A stretch of 63,932 nucleotides of DNA, filler included, from Octopus bimaculoides (GCF_001194135.2; 6 parts of 6 records of this genome joined end to end with filler, not necessarily neighbours in it), one strand, 5' to 3'. Counted from the whole stretch's first letter, positions 24,660 through 37,916 are shown. Notes: generated from the letters alone by a model not told the origin. Program-made: numbers and translations.

Positions 24660-24975
24660 AATAAGGGGACACATTACTGCCGTTTAGCCCTAGGAAGCTG
24701 GACCGCTTCCTGTCGGCCTTGACACAATTACTGTGTCCTTAAGCTTGCGAGGGGGAGACAAGCTCCCCCACCCAGCCTAGCCAGCATTCACTACTGCTTA
24801 AATCTCTCTGAGAGATTTAGAAATATTATATTTCTAATTTTGCTGATCAGTGAATAAACTTCCCTATGATTTATATAAGTTTGCGAGGGCGAGACAGGCT
24901 TCTCTATCCAGCTGGCAAGCTACTTCAGGCCGATGACGAGCAAAGACTCAGAAACATGTCCCTGAATGCTCGGTA
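24660..24975 (+). mobile_element. Short non-autonomous element with two partial direct repeats, carrying a hammerhead motif (Penelope-like or retrozyme-like, inferred)
   Basis: Repeat units taagcttgcgagggggagacaagc (24740) and taagtttgcgagggcgagacaggc (24876); hammerhead core follows the second unit. Confidence 0.55.
24924..24966 (+). ncRNA. Minimal type-I hammerhead ribozyme motif (core variant CCGAUGA)
   Basis: TTCAGG-CCGATGA-CGAG caaaga CTCA-GAAA-C AT GT-C-CCTGAA: 6 bp stem I, stem II, palindromic ACATGT stem III, GUC cleavage triplet at 24958-24960. Confidence 0.7.
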
Positions 24976-27199
24976 TGCCACTCATGTGATGTCAAAATGG
25001 TCACAAAACAACGTGAAGTGGTGGGTTTTGCTCAAGAATACAACTTACCGCGCGATCCGGGAGTTGAATCCATAAACTTGTGATCGTCAGTGAAACACGA
25101 TATTGAGCGCCCACGCGTTCTGCATATAGATTATTTTCCCAATTTACTCATACCACTGCTAATCTTTATCGTTCAGTTGTTTATACAGACCACCATTATT
25201 TGCACATTTGGTAAATTTTTACTCATTCTATTATTCTTTCTCTGGTGTTCCTATATAGAAACTTGTATTTGAAATAAAACATTTTTTTAAAAATTTTTAT
25301 GCTGTTACTTTTTTTTTTTTTTTGAAGAGATCACTTGCTTTTTGTAGAGTAGTCCCAAGATTTGTGTGTTTTTTTTCCCACCTAGCCCGTTTATTGACAC
25401 ATACTATATATTTTTTGTGCATGTATTTATTTGTTTGTTTTCCAATTAGTCTCTTTATATTACACTCAGAGTAAAATCCCAACCGTTTTGTAATATATCC
25501 ACCATTATCGTGTTCTTGTCTTAATAAAATAATTATTATTGTTTTTTTGTTTGTTTGTTTGTTTTTACAAGTTCCAAATTCTTTGCAGTGCGCGATATGA
25601 AATAGCTAGAGGGCACAGAAAAGCTGTCATCCTACCATGTAATCCGAAGATGTAGTTGTTTAAATTGCAACGAACTACCCATCAGTTTCTTAAAAAGAGA
25701 ATCCGTGGACATTTTCCTAGCTCGACACTCATATCGAAGTATGGTGTGAAATTGTCTGTGCTTAGTTCCAGTCCAAAGGTCACGAGCCAATGCGAGCTGC
25801 AGATAACCAAGCTGAAAGATGATCAATTTCTTTATTGCCCACAGAGGGCCAAACACAGAGGGGACGATACAAAAGTCAGGGACTAGCTGAAAGACAATCA
25901 GATAATTTGCCAACGAACCTGCAGTTGTTATCCAATCACCGGCGTTAGTGTCAAGGATGTACAGTCTATTTGGCCGTAAGTAGGTTCTACAAAAGTACAA
26001 TAGTTGGTAGTTGTAAGTAGCGACAGCACTATCAAGTTGACCATTACTTCGTTTGCTTCATTAGCTCGTAGTACCAAGTTCGAGTCGTTCTATACGATTG
26101 AGAGATGATAGAAGCACTTACAAAGAAGTCATACTTGTCATTCTAGCATATCCACTCTAAAACAGATTTTGTGTCATTGATAGAATAAGAACTAATAAGT
26201 TGAAACTGGGGAGACAGAAGGAGATTACGTTCGGAAATTGTCATTATCTGAAGACAAGAAGCCCGGGCGGACTCAAGGATCTTTCTTCTGAGATACCAAT
26301 TCACACAGTAAAGAGGGCATCTCGTTGTTTCTGGGCAACACATTTCTATATTGCAGTTTCCCTAGTGTGCAAAATAAGCTCCCTAACATTATGGATAAAA
26401 TTTATCAGAAAGAGACTAACAACATTTCATAGATAAAATCTGTCAGCTTAACGTTACATAAAGCCATATTAATTACTGAACCGTTGAAGCGATATGGTTT
26501 GTTAAAAGATTGACATTTAGTAGTTTTCAAATTGGTACAAAGCACCAGTTCTGTAAGAGCAGTGGTCATAACCTATTCAAACCAACCCTGGTATATGATC
26601 GGTTCTTACTTTTCTATCTGGTAGAGATGAAAATCAAAGTAATGCGCAGTCAGATTCGAACTTAAATGAACAGACATAACTACGTAATACATTTCGTCCG
26701 GCATTCAACTATCCTTTTTCACTCCAGTATCTTTAACTATTTTTTAATATGTGAATCATCAGGATAACGGATTAGCAGATTTAGAATAACATCTGATGAA
26801 ATACCTTTTGGTTTTTAACTGAATTCCTTTACATTTTGAGTTCAAATCACTCTGTGTTCAAACTTGCTTTCCATTTTCCTGAAGAGATAAAATAAAATAT
26901 CAAACAAATACGGGTTATTGATGTAATCGATGATCCCCACTCAATAAAATCTGTGGCTTTGTGTCTGTTATAAATCAACATGTCCGCTCTTACCCCAAAA
27001 TATTGTTTAACTAATAACAATTAATTTCATAGGCACGAGAGTTCTCGAGGCAATTAGGAATAAGAGAGTATGATGTTCATTCATTTCTCAAAAGTGTTAA
27101 TGTCGGGAATAGAACAAAACCACTACAACTATAAATGGAAACTATGAATCCGGCTCGTAGGATTCTCACAACCGTTCCATATTACTGGTCTGTGTGAAA

Positions 27200-27425
27200 G
27201 GCAGTGAGCTGGCAGAATCGTTATCACGCCGGGTAAAATGCTTACTGGCATTTCGTCCGTCTTTACGTGCCGAGTTCAAATTCCGCCGAGGACGACTTTA
27301 CTTTTCATCCTTTCGGAGTCAATAAAATAAGTACCAGTTGAGTACTGGGATCGATGGAATCGACTTACTCCCTCACCCCCACCCCCGGACTTACTGGCCT
27401 TGTGCCAAATTTTGAAATCGATATT
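27200..27425 (+). mobile_element. tRNA-derived SINE family A
   Basis: A-box-like tggcagaatcg, B-box-like gagttcaaatt, ttttcatcctttcggagtcaataaaataagtaccagtt body. Further copies at 39853-42230 (array), 46160-46320 (minus), 51395-51570, 54987-55180. Confidence 0.85.
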
Positions 27426-29325
27426 ACTTGCCTGGGTAATTCGGTGTTAGGTGACTTCTTTAGAAAAACCCAACATTAGTTAATGTTGTCGAATGAAAAT
27501 GTTCACAAAGAATTTAATTTATCCAGAATTTAAGCTAAAAATGTGGTGAAAATGAAAAGCTGAGATTAAATAAGGAACTAAACAAAACTATATTTTTTTT
27601 ATCGTTAGCTTACTCAATGTGCAGAAGTTAAAAAAAAAAAAACAGAATGTGTAACAATCATACTTTACTAAAGGGTGTTCGAATTGTTAGAGAAGTGAAA
27701 TGGCTACAACCGGAATCGAAACCATGTTACGGATCCAATTAACATGGGATTTACCACTACTCAATGTCATTCGGTACAAAAGTGCTACCTTTTGAGATAA
27801 GGACCACTTTAAACACTCCTTAAATTACGAGCCAATTAAGCAGCCTTTACGTGGTACCTCGACCTGCTAGAAACAGCAACCAACTACCCACAAAGCATCA
27901 ATCTCAAAATAAGGAAATGACACATAAGACAATGTAATACTCTAGATAGCTTTAAGAAGATGTGATAGTCAAATGGCGTTAGATTATAGATTTACCCAGT
28001 CAGAGCTGACCTGGGGGTTAAAAAAACAACAACTATAATAACAACTCCCTAAATAAACAAAGCAGTGTTAATGCTTGAAAAGTGAAATATATTGCAGATC
28101 AAATCTATTAATCGCTTAATTAGTTTAATCTCTTAATAAAGTTTATATAGCTTATGTGATCTGGTCGGCCAGAGATCAAATAGCCAAACCCTACCGATAA
28201 TCTTCGTATATATAGAAATAGAGATTATCGTTAAGGATAGGTTGTTTGACCCCGTCTGTATGTCACATTCAAACGAAAAGAGTCAAACAGTGAGCTACAC
28301 CTTCTTCTTCTCTCCTCCTCTTCATCCTCTCCTTCTCCATTCCGCCTTCTCCAGGGGGCACCTGACATCTTAAACACGGCTATTTCGAATGAATTTTAAA
28401 TGTACGCACCTTACATTTTGGAATGTTCGCAAGCATTCGTATTTTATATGTATAGAAATATATCGGTTATTTCCGTACTAGAATGTCTTTCTTATGTATA
28501 TTTATTTATTCATTTATTTATTTCATTTCATTTCTTCACGTAGCTACGAATGAACAGCGATAATGTTCACAGACACGCTAAAGCCTTATTAGGAACGTAT
28601 AACAATTAAGCCTTCATCGTCGAACGACGGAGACTCATCCATCAATATATGCACATACATACCAGTCAAGCTAACCATCTCTCTCCTTCTCTGTATATAT
28701 ATATATATATATATATATNNNNNNNNNNNNNNNNNNNNNNNNNNNNNNNNNNNNNNNNNNNNNNNNNNNNNNNNNNNNNNNNNNNNNNNNNNNNNNNNNN
28801 NNNNNNNNNNNNNNNNNNNNNNNNNNNNNNNNNNNNNNNNNNNNNNNNNNNNNNNNNNNNNNNNNNNNNNNNNNNNNNNNNNNNNNNNNNNNNNNNNNNN
28901 NNNNNNNNNNNNNNNNNNNNNNNNNNNNNNNNNNNNNNNNNNNNNNNNNNNNNNNNNNNNNNNNNNNNNNNNNNNNNNNNNNNNNNNNNNNNNNNNNNNN
29001 NNNNNNNNNNNNNNNNNNNNNNNNNNNNNNNNNNNNNNNNNNNNNNNNNNNNNNNNNNNNNNNNNNNNNNNNNNNNNNNNNNNNNNNNNNNNNNNNNNNN
29101 NNNNNNNNNNNNNNNNNNNNNNNNNNNNNNNNNNNNNNNNNNNNNNNNNNNNNNNNNNNNNNNNNNNNNNNNNNNNNNNNNNNNNNNNNNNNNNNNNNNN
29201 NNNNNNNNNNNNNNNNNNNNNNNNNNNNNNNNNNNNNNNNNNNNNNNNNNNNNNNNNNNNNNNNNNNNNNNNNNNNNNNNNNNNNNNNNNNNNNNNNNNN
29301 NNNNNNNNNNNNNNNNNNNNNNNNN

Positions 29326-29706
29326 TTTTCTCGATTTATAGGATCATGCTCAAAGAGGTATCGTCACTCGCACGCACCATCTTTGCTACATTCACCCACC
29401 TTTTAATGAAACTTTCACGAGACAAAAACTGTCTCTCTATTCTCACCTTCCTTTTCAAGTGATACTTGAAAAAGTTGATGAGCGATTGGCCAGAGAGGTA
29501 AGTTTTCGTCTCTAATCATTTCGCACAGGGTCCACCACACACATTCTTTCACCATGGCCACCAGTATGATGAACACTGCCTTGCCTTCCCTGTTGAGGGA
29601 CGGTTGTGGAGCAATTTGCACAATAGACTCGGCTGACAGGCGGACTCGTCCCACACGTGACAGCAGCCGTTCGGCATTAGCCCACAGGTCGGAAATCTTT
29701 GGACAC
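29326..29706 (-). mobile_element. L1/Tx1-like LINE ORF2 C-terminal fragment, between gaps
   Basis: Minus reading AVFIILVAMVKECVWWT then, after a frameshift, LINFFKYHLKRKVRIERQFLSRESFIKRWVNVAKMVRASDDTSLSMIL*; homologous to the + copy at 32040-32340. Confidence 0.7.
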
Positions 29707-29806
29707 NNNNNNNNNNNNNNNNNNNNNNNNNNNNNNNNNNNNNNNNNNNNTTAATTAATTAANNNNNNNNNNNNNNNNNNNNNNNNNNNNNNNNNNNNNN
29801 NNNNNN

Positions 29807-29855
<49 letters not shown>

Positions 29856-30307
29856 TTCGAATGTACGAAGTGTATATTCAATATAGAGGAGTATGAAGTT
29901 GTTTTGTTGCCAGAGAAGAACTCGACTCGAATACTGGGTTATCAATACTGTCAGGTTCCAGGCCAAAGCCGGAATTCTTCAGGTGTAGAAAACCCAGGTT
30001 TCACGACGATTATAACGAAGCGTAAATAATCTAATGAAAAGAAGACAAGGAAAACTCTTTAATTATACGTTACAATTATTTCCATACCATCTCTATTTGC
30101 AACGCCAGTGTGCATTACAATGTAAAAACACCCCTTTGATGCAAATCTGAAGAAGTGTCCCTCTAATGTCTAAAATCGCAAATATTACGTAATTTTTCGT
30201 TTAGAATTTTTGCCTTAACTGGCGAAATAGAGGTGGTACGGAAACAATTGTAACTTATAACTAAAGATGTGTTAAAGAATTTTCCTTATCTACTTCTTTT
30301 CATTGTG

Positions 30308-30344
<37 letters not shown>

Positions 30345-31322
30345 NNNNNNNNNNNNNNNNNNNNNNNNNNNNNNNNNNNNNNNNNNNNNNNNNNNNNNNN
30401 NNNNNNNNNNNNNNNNNNNNNNNNNNNNNNNNNNNNNNNNNNNNNNNNNNNNNNNNNNNNNNNNNNNNNNNNNNNNNNNNNNNNNNNNNNNNNNNNNNNN
30501 NNNNNNNNNNNNNNNNNNNNNNNNNNNNNNNNNNNNNNNNNNNNNNNNNNNNNNNNNNNNNNNNNNNNNNNNNNNNNNNNNNNNNNNNNNNNNNNNNNNN
30601 NNNNNNNNNNNNNNNNNNNNNNNNNNNNNNNNNNNNNNNNNNNNNNNNNNNNNNNNNNNNNNNNNNNNNNNNNNNNNNNNNNNNNNNNNNNNNNNNNNNN
30701 NNNNNNNNNNNNNNNNNNNNNNNNNNNNNNNNNNNNNNNNNNNNNNNNNNNNNNNNNNNNNNNNNNNNNNNNNNNNNNNNNNNNNNNNNNNNNNNNNNNN
30801 NNNNNNNNNNNNNNNNNNNNNNNNNNNNNNNNNNNNNNNNNNNNNNNNNNNNNNNNNNNNNNNNNNNNNNNNNNNNNNNNNNNNNNNNNNNNNNNNNNNN
30901 NNNNNNNNNNNNNNNNNNNNNNNNNNNNNNNNNNNNNNNNNNNNNNNNNNNNNNNNNNNNNNNNNNNNNNNNNNNNNNNNNNNNNNNNNNNNNNNNNNNN
31001 NNNNNNNNNNNNNNNNNNNNNNNNNNNNNNNNNNNNNNNNNNNNNNNNNNNNNNNNNNNNNNNNNNNNNNNNNNNNNNNNNNNNNNNNNNNNNNNNNNNN
31101 NNNNNNNNNNNNNNNNNNNNNNNNNNNNNNNNNNNNNNNNNNNNNNNNNNNNNNNNNNNNNNNNNNNNNNNNNNNNNNNNNNNNNNNNNNNNNNNNNNNN
31201 NNNNNNNNNNNNNNNNNNNNNNNNNNNNNNNNNNNNNNNNNNNNNNNNNNNNNNNNNNNNNNNNNNNNNNNGGGAGGGAGTAGGTGGGTAGGAGTGATGA
31301 GAGGAAGTAGGTGCTGGTATGC

Positions 31323-31363
<41 letters not shown>

Positions 31364-31699
31364 TTTCTTATGAGAATTCATAAGAATCAATGCACATCAA
31401 CTCGTAGGATGTCAGAAATGGCTAGGTATGATGACATAGAGGTCACGGGGAAATAAACAACATTGAAGACATTATGTGTTGGTAGGATTCCATAGATCAA
31501 AATCATCTCTTGCTACAGATTTTCACAATGTTTTGCAACTGTTATCCACATGATACTTTTTACTTTTTATGATACTGGTCATGGTCGGGCCTGCCCGTGA
31601 TATTCTTTTGTATACTGATTGATGTTAAGTTTAAACATCTGTGAGGGTCTACTGTACGGCTCGATGGAACAAATAACACAGAGAACCGTTCAAAATAAC

Positions 31700-32600
31700 C
31701 AATTTATTGGACGTAAATAACTCCTCTTATTTCCGGCGGAAGTTCCACTTTGACGCTCTCTAGAGGTTTAGTGACAGGCAATTGTGACGACTTTCTCGAG
31801 GAGACTCCGAGCATTGACGAGAAGAAAAACTGGCTAGTCCAGTCAGGGTGAGTTTCAGGCCGGGGCTCATGGTTAATTTCCAGAAATTTTTGGCCTGGCA
31901 GTGCTACCGGACGGTGGGGTATTGCCACTTCGAGATAAAATCTACAGGCAAAGAAATGCCGTCGATTCCGGCCCGACCGAGATGCGCGGATCGATGAAAT
32001 TATTCTGCACGTAAACATCCAGCGCCCGAGCATTACTAACTTGTGGATTATGTCGAACACCAGCTGTCACGTGTTAGACAGTTTCGGCTGAATCCATTGT
32101 GAATATCTCCCGCTAACTTCCTTTGACCGGGAAAGGCAGGCAGTTTTTATCTGTCTGGTGCCCTTAGTGAAAAACGTTGTGTGGTGGACCAGATAGAAAT
32201 AGCTGAAGACAGACACATTCCACTTTGACCAAACCCCCATCAACTTTTTCAACTTTCACTTGAAAAGGAAAGTGAGGCTGCAGAGGCAAGTGCTGCTTCC
32301 CGGCAATTTTGTTGGAAGTGGATGAATGTGACAAGGATGGTCCCATTGAATGGGACTACTCCAAGTATGCGCATGTAGATTAAAGGAAGAAAATGAAAGG
32401 AGGGCACCTTCTCTAGTGGTCAGGACAAGAGTGGTTTTGTGGGGTTTTCGCGAGCACCGCTAGGAAGTCAGCTTCTTTTGAGTAATTATTCATTACTGAA
32501 ATCTATATTTACTGTTTATCATCGTTTTCCACGCTTCTCTTTGTAACCCCACATTGTATTGCCCTTTCCTGTTCCCTCTGTTTTTGTGAACCAGTTAGTG
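31700..32600 (+). mobile_element. L1/Tx1-like LINE 3' end (decayed zinc-knuckle region, C-terminus, 3' UTR)
   Basis: Fragments LAWQCYR, VLPLRDKIYRQ, PRC, DEIILH..PSITNLW and FFNFHLKRKVR; inverted homolog of 29340-29706. A related 3' UTR lies at 41560-41800. Confidence 0.65.
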
Positions 32601-32645
32601 ATTATTTAAAATAGATTTAGCTATTGTTGTCATCATCGTTGCTGC

Positions 32646-32727
<82 letters not shown>

Positions 32728-33037
32728 TTGCCATTACATTGCGTAGCTTGAACCTTTAATATAGATAATTATCTTAGTCATGGGTTACAGCACCTCACCG
32801 GGAATAGAACACAAACTGATAACTCTTTGCCCTATAGGTTGTCTTCTGAACCGATTGAACAACTGTGTGTGGGGGTGTATATATCATCCACACCCAACCC
32901 CATCCCTTTATCCACTGTAATTCCTCAGAAAGCGAAGTTTTTGTGTGATGTACGATAAAGATAATAAATAAACACACAGTCAAAATAATAGTTCCAATTC
33001 ATTCACTTTACATTACTATATTATTACCCCATAGAGA

Positions 33038-33108
<71 letters not shown>

Positions 33109-33744
33109 AAAATGTGCGTGTGTGTGTCTGCGTATATACATATATATACTATATATATAGGTATACAAACATGTATACATATATAGATATATATGTATAT
33201 ATACATATGCATATACATATACATATATATATACCAGCATACACGCACATACACACACACACACACTCAAACAAACACACTCACACACAGACTCGTATCA
33301 GTCGATATCCAGGAGATATCTCGCAGATATCTCATTCACGACAAAAGCTTTTAGGGTCTTTTATTATGATTAAAAGTATATCTGCAGAGAGAGAGAGAAT
33401 TTTATGATGAAATCAATGCGATCTTTACACCAACAGATTACAGAGGTGGCAAATAAAACTACTTATTTTCCTATATTTTTTTTATTTCGTTCGTTCATAA
33501 AAACACTTAACTACAAAAACACAACTGATATAGAAATAAATCACTGATGTTTCTTAGCTTGATAAGTATCTCGGTTTCAATCTCGATTCAGATCATTTAA
33601 CAGGAACTCGCAATGGGGTATTAATAGAACAACATATCTATGATGGAATATATATATATATCTTCTCACATGTACAGACATGCAAGCACATACACTCACT
33701 TATACATATGTGTATGTATGTGTGCTTCTACTCGCTAATATGGA

Positions 33745-33780
<36 letters not shown>

Positions 33781-33786
33781 TATATT

Positions 33787-33831
<45 letters not shown>

Positions 33832-34455
33832 NNNNNNNNNNNNNNNNNNNNNNNNNNNNNNNNNNNNNNNNNNNNNNNNNNNNNNNNNNNNNNNNNNNNN
33901 NNNNNNNNNNNNNNNNNNNNNNNNNNNNNNNNNNNNNNNNNNNNNNNNNNNNNNNNNNNNNNNNNNNNNNNNNNNNNNNNNNNNNNNNNNNNNNNNNNNN
34001 NNNNNNNNNNNNNNNNNNNNNNNNNNNNNNNNNNNNNNNNNNNNNNNNNNNNNNNNNNNNNNNNNNNNNNNNNNNNNNNNNNNNNNNNNNNNNNNNNNNN
34101 NNNNNNNNNNNNNNNNNNNNNNNNNNNNNNNNNNNNNNNNNNNNNNNNNNNNNNNNNNNNNNNNNNNNNNNNNNNNNNNNNNNNNNNNNNNNNNNNNNNN
34201 NNNNNNNNNNNNNNNNNNNNNNNNNNNNNNNNNNNNNNNNNNNNNNNNNNNNNNNNNNNNNNNNNNNNNNNNNNNNNNNNNNNNNNNNNNNNNNNNNNNN
34301 NNNNNNNNNNNNNNNNNNNNNNNNNNNNNNNNNNNNNNNNNNNNNNNNNNNNNNNNNNNNNNNNNNNNNNNNNNNNNNNNNNNNNNNNNNNNNNNNNNNN
34401 NNNNNNNNNNNNNNNNNNNNNNNNNNNNNNNNNNNNNNNNNNNNNNNNNNNNNNN

Positions 34456-34488
<33 letters not shown>

Positions 34489-35253
34489 TTGTATGTGTGT
34501 GTGTGTGTGTGTGTCTTCTCTGTCTGTCTGTATATTTCGTTAGTTAAATCGCGTTGAAGTTATTTTTTCCCTACCGTTTTTTCTAATTGAAAAATTATGT
34601 GACCGTTTCGTTCCTTCGTCTGTTCCTGGTTAATCCCTTGTAATGTCAACAACAAGCGTATGTATATTATGTAGGCTAAACTAGTAAATGACTTTTTTTC
34701 TCAACATTGACTAACGTGATGACTAATTATGTTCATATTTTGACGACCACTTGGTAAAATATGGTAAATATTACATTGTAGGACACTGTCCAAGGATTTA
34801 TGTCAGACGAACTATAGACAGGAACTTCGCTGCGGGCTTGCTAGGGAGCTGATCTGTGGCAGGGTTAAGTCTGGAGCTTGTCTGCGGCGAAGTTGACTTC
34901 CGGTTTAGCGGGCTTCTACGAAGCAGAATTTAACAAGCGGCTGTCGCCTTCACATGTTCAACTAAATAAATTTTTCGCTAACACATTCTGGGTCTCCGTT
35001 AATTTTTTTTTTTTTTTTTTTGTGCCTAGCTTAACTAAAGCTATAACATAATTTCTTTCTGTGGTAGTATATTTCAGATCAACTCATCACGTTTGTTTAG
35101 TTCACATAGGTATGACGTCATATGATCGAATACTTATTGAATCCTTGTGCGCTGCCAGTGATAAAATATCTTACTCAAATGAGCTATTAAGTTGTATACT
35201 GCTTAAGTTCACGAACATTTTTTTTGTGTACATGTGTGTGCTTGTGTGTGTGC

Positions 35254-35293
<40 letters not shown>

Positions 35294-36347
35294 GCATGTG
35301 TGCGGAGTGTATGTAAATCACACAGCCAACAATACAGAAGTCACATGCTCTTGCGCAAACAGAAATATATGCCCTACTAAACAAATTTTGCAACAGGTAA
35401 TCCTCATTTTATGAGATAGTGATCACTTCCATAAAACCCATCAGAGAGTAATAAGTAAACACTACACAGGCATGACAGAAGGGAAATTTGGACAATGATT
35501 CTATAACTATACATTTTCATTTAGACATGTAGAATAATGAAGACAATTTAAGAAGAAAACTTTGGAGAATTGCATTATAGAAGCAAATGGAAGCAAAAGA
35601 TTTGATCTGTATACAGTAAAGAAAAGTGTAACCTTAAAAACTTATACATCAAACACAACTATTTAAACACCGGATTAGAAACAGAAAACATTACCCTTAA
35701 ACCGGAAGGTTGACCTAAAAGCATGCTTTGAGGTGAACTCCTCTAAAAGCAACTAAAGTGCCAGGTATGACCTTAAACTGGCTGACGGATTAAGTCTACC
35801 GCTCAAACGGGATTCGATTACAAAAAGCAGGTAACTGGAAGAAGTACCGCAAGGAAGACTATATCAGGATCACTCCATTTTTATTTGACTCGAAAAGAAT
35901 AAAATGTAATATAGATACCGGCGTGAGATTGTAAAGAGTTTATACAAATAATCCGAAGAAATCTTTCCGTCATTAATGTCACTGCCAAATCACCTCATTT
36001 GTTGCCTAGCAAGAGAACCCAAAGACACTTCAACGGTAGATAGGATGGAAAGACCAGATCGTAAAAGAATCAAGCATTAGGAAAACTCACTATAACGACG
36101 AAGAGACAGATGGAGGAAATATGTTCATGATGTTTCGTACCTTATTGCAAGTGGAAACAGCGCATGCGTTGGCTGTTGGCAAAAGGCTTGCTACCCAACC
36201 TCATGGCTTTTGCTTCAATCCCACACCCTGCACACCGGGCAGGTGTCTTCTACTATAATCCATGTCCAACCAAAACCGTGCGAGTGGATTTGGTAGACAG
36301 TAACCGGAGAAATCCGTCGTGTGTGTGTGTGTGTGTGTGTGTGTGCG

Positions 36348-36383
<36 letters not shown>

Positions 36384-36483
36384 NNNNNNNNNNNNNNNNN
36401 NNNNNNNNNNNNNNNNNNNNNNNNNNNTTAATTAATTAANNNNNNNNNNNNNNNNNNNNNNNNNNNNNNNNNNNNNNNNNNNN

Positions 36484-36870
36484 AGTTTTTGGCATCTGCT
36501 CTGCTTCCCCCTTTATGGATTGAGCATATTATTCCCTCCTTCAGCTTGCTTGGCAGTCTTCCGTTTGCGAGAAAGCTCTGGAAGAGGATCTGGAGGGGTT
36601 TTGCCAGGGCATGCTTACACGATTTAAGGAGGATTGCTGGGAAACCATCAGGGCCAGCAGTTGAGTTTGTGTCCACTTCATGTATAGCTAGTAGTACATC
36701 TTCTTCGCTAATGTTGATGTATTCCATCGTAACTACCTCACTGGTTATAGGGGAGGTAGCAAAGAAGTCCACTGGTTTGTTCACTTGTCTGTGCTCCAAT
36801 GGAGTGGTGAAGACACTTTTGAATTGCAAATGTACTCTGAAAGTCCAGGGTCATTTTCCACATGACAACT
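36484..36870 (-). mobile_element. CR1/L2-group LINE ORF2 fragment (region upstream of RT)
   Basis: ISEEDVLLAIHEVDTNSTAGPDGFPAILLKSCKHALAKPLQILFQSFL..IHKGGSRADAKN; same family as 44295-45690 and 51040-51390. Confidence 0.85.
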
Positions 36871-37885
36871 ACAGAACGACCTGTTATCCTGATCCAAGAT
36901 AACAAATCAATGCACAGGAGCCTATTATATTCATTTATTGACAACAAGCGGCAACTTACATAGATTAAAATCGAGACCCTAGATTTGTGAGGTCCACGAG
37001 CAAATTGCCCAGTGTGCCCTTATCTTAAGACAGCATTAAACATCAGCTATATAATATAATTCTTTTCCTCGAAGTATTTGCCTTTAAGGATGCAAATCTC
37101 TGCTTCAGGTACGTGGTCCGAGTGCTTGCAACAAAGTACACTCGTGGCTGAATTAGTGATGTTGATTAGGCAGGACAACGAATTCAGTGTACGACTAATA
37201 TANNNNNNNNNNNNNNNNNNNNNNNNNNNNNNNNNNNNNNNNNNNNNNNNNNNNNNNNNNNNNNNNNNNNNNNNNNNNNNNNNNNNNNNNNNNNNNNNNN
37301 NNNNNNNNNNNNNNNNNNNNNNNNNNNNNNNNNNNNNNNNNNNNNNNNNNNNNNNNNNNNNNNNNNNNNNNNNNNNNNNNNNNNNNNNNNNNNNNNNNNN
37401 NNNNNNNNNNNNNNNNNNNNNNNNNNNNNNNNNNNNNNNNNNNNNNNNNNNNNNNNNNNNNNNNNNNNNNNNNNNNNNNNNNNNNNNNNNNNNNNNNNNN
37501 NNNNNNNNNNNNNNNNNNNNNNNNNNNNNNNNNNNNNNNNNNNNNNNNNNNNNNNNNNNNNNNNNNNNNNNNNNNNNNNNNNNNNNNNNNNNNNNNNNNN
37601 NNNNNNNNNNNNNNNNNNNNNNNNNNNNNNNNNNNNNNNNNNNNNNNNNNNNNNNNNNNNNNNNNNNNNNNNNNNNNNNNNNNNNNNNNNNNNNNNNNNN
37701 NNNNNNNNNNNNNNNNNNNNNNNNNNNNNNNNNNNNNNNNNNNNNNNNNNNNNNNNNNNNNNNNNNNNNNNNNNNNNNNNNNNNNNNNNNNNNNNNNNNN
37801 NNNNNNNNNNNNNNNNNNNNNNNNNNNNNNNNNNNNNNNNNNNNNNNNNNNNNNNNNNNNNNNNNNNNNNNNNNNNNNNNNNNNN

Positions 37886-37916
<31 letters not shown>

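Noticed and set aside
25600-26440. Short ORFs of 66-122 aa in non-repetitive sequence
   Set aside because: No recognisable motif or consistent splice sites; cannot be assigned without a search.
27200-27290. tRNA genes
   Set aside because: The A/B-box-like motifs belong to SINE heads; no cloverleaf is evident.
34600-34625. gaccgtttcg..ccttcgtctg (minus cagacga..gaaacggtc)
   Set aside because: Core altered and stem II cannot form.
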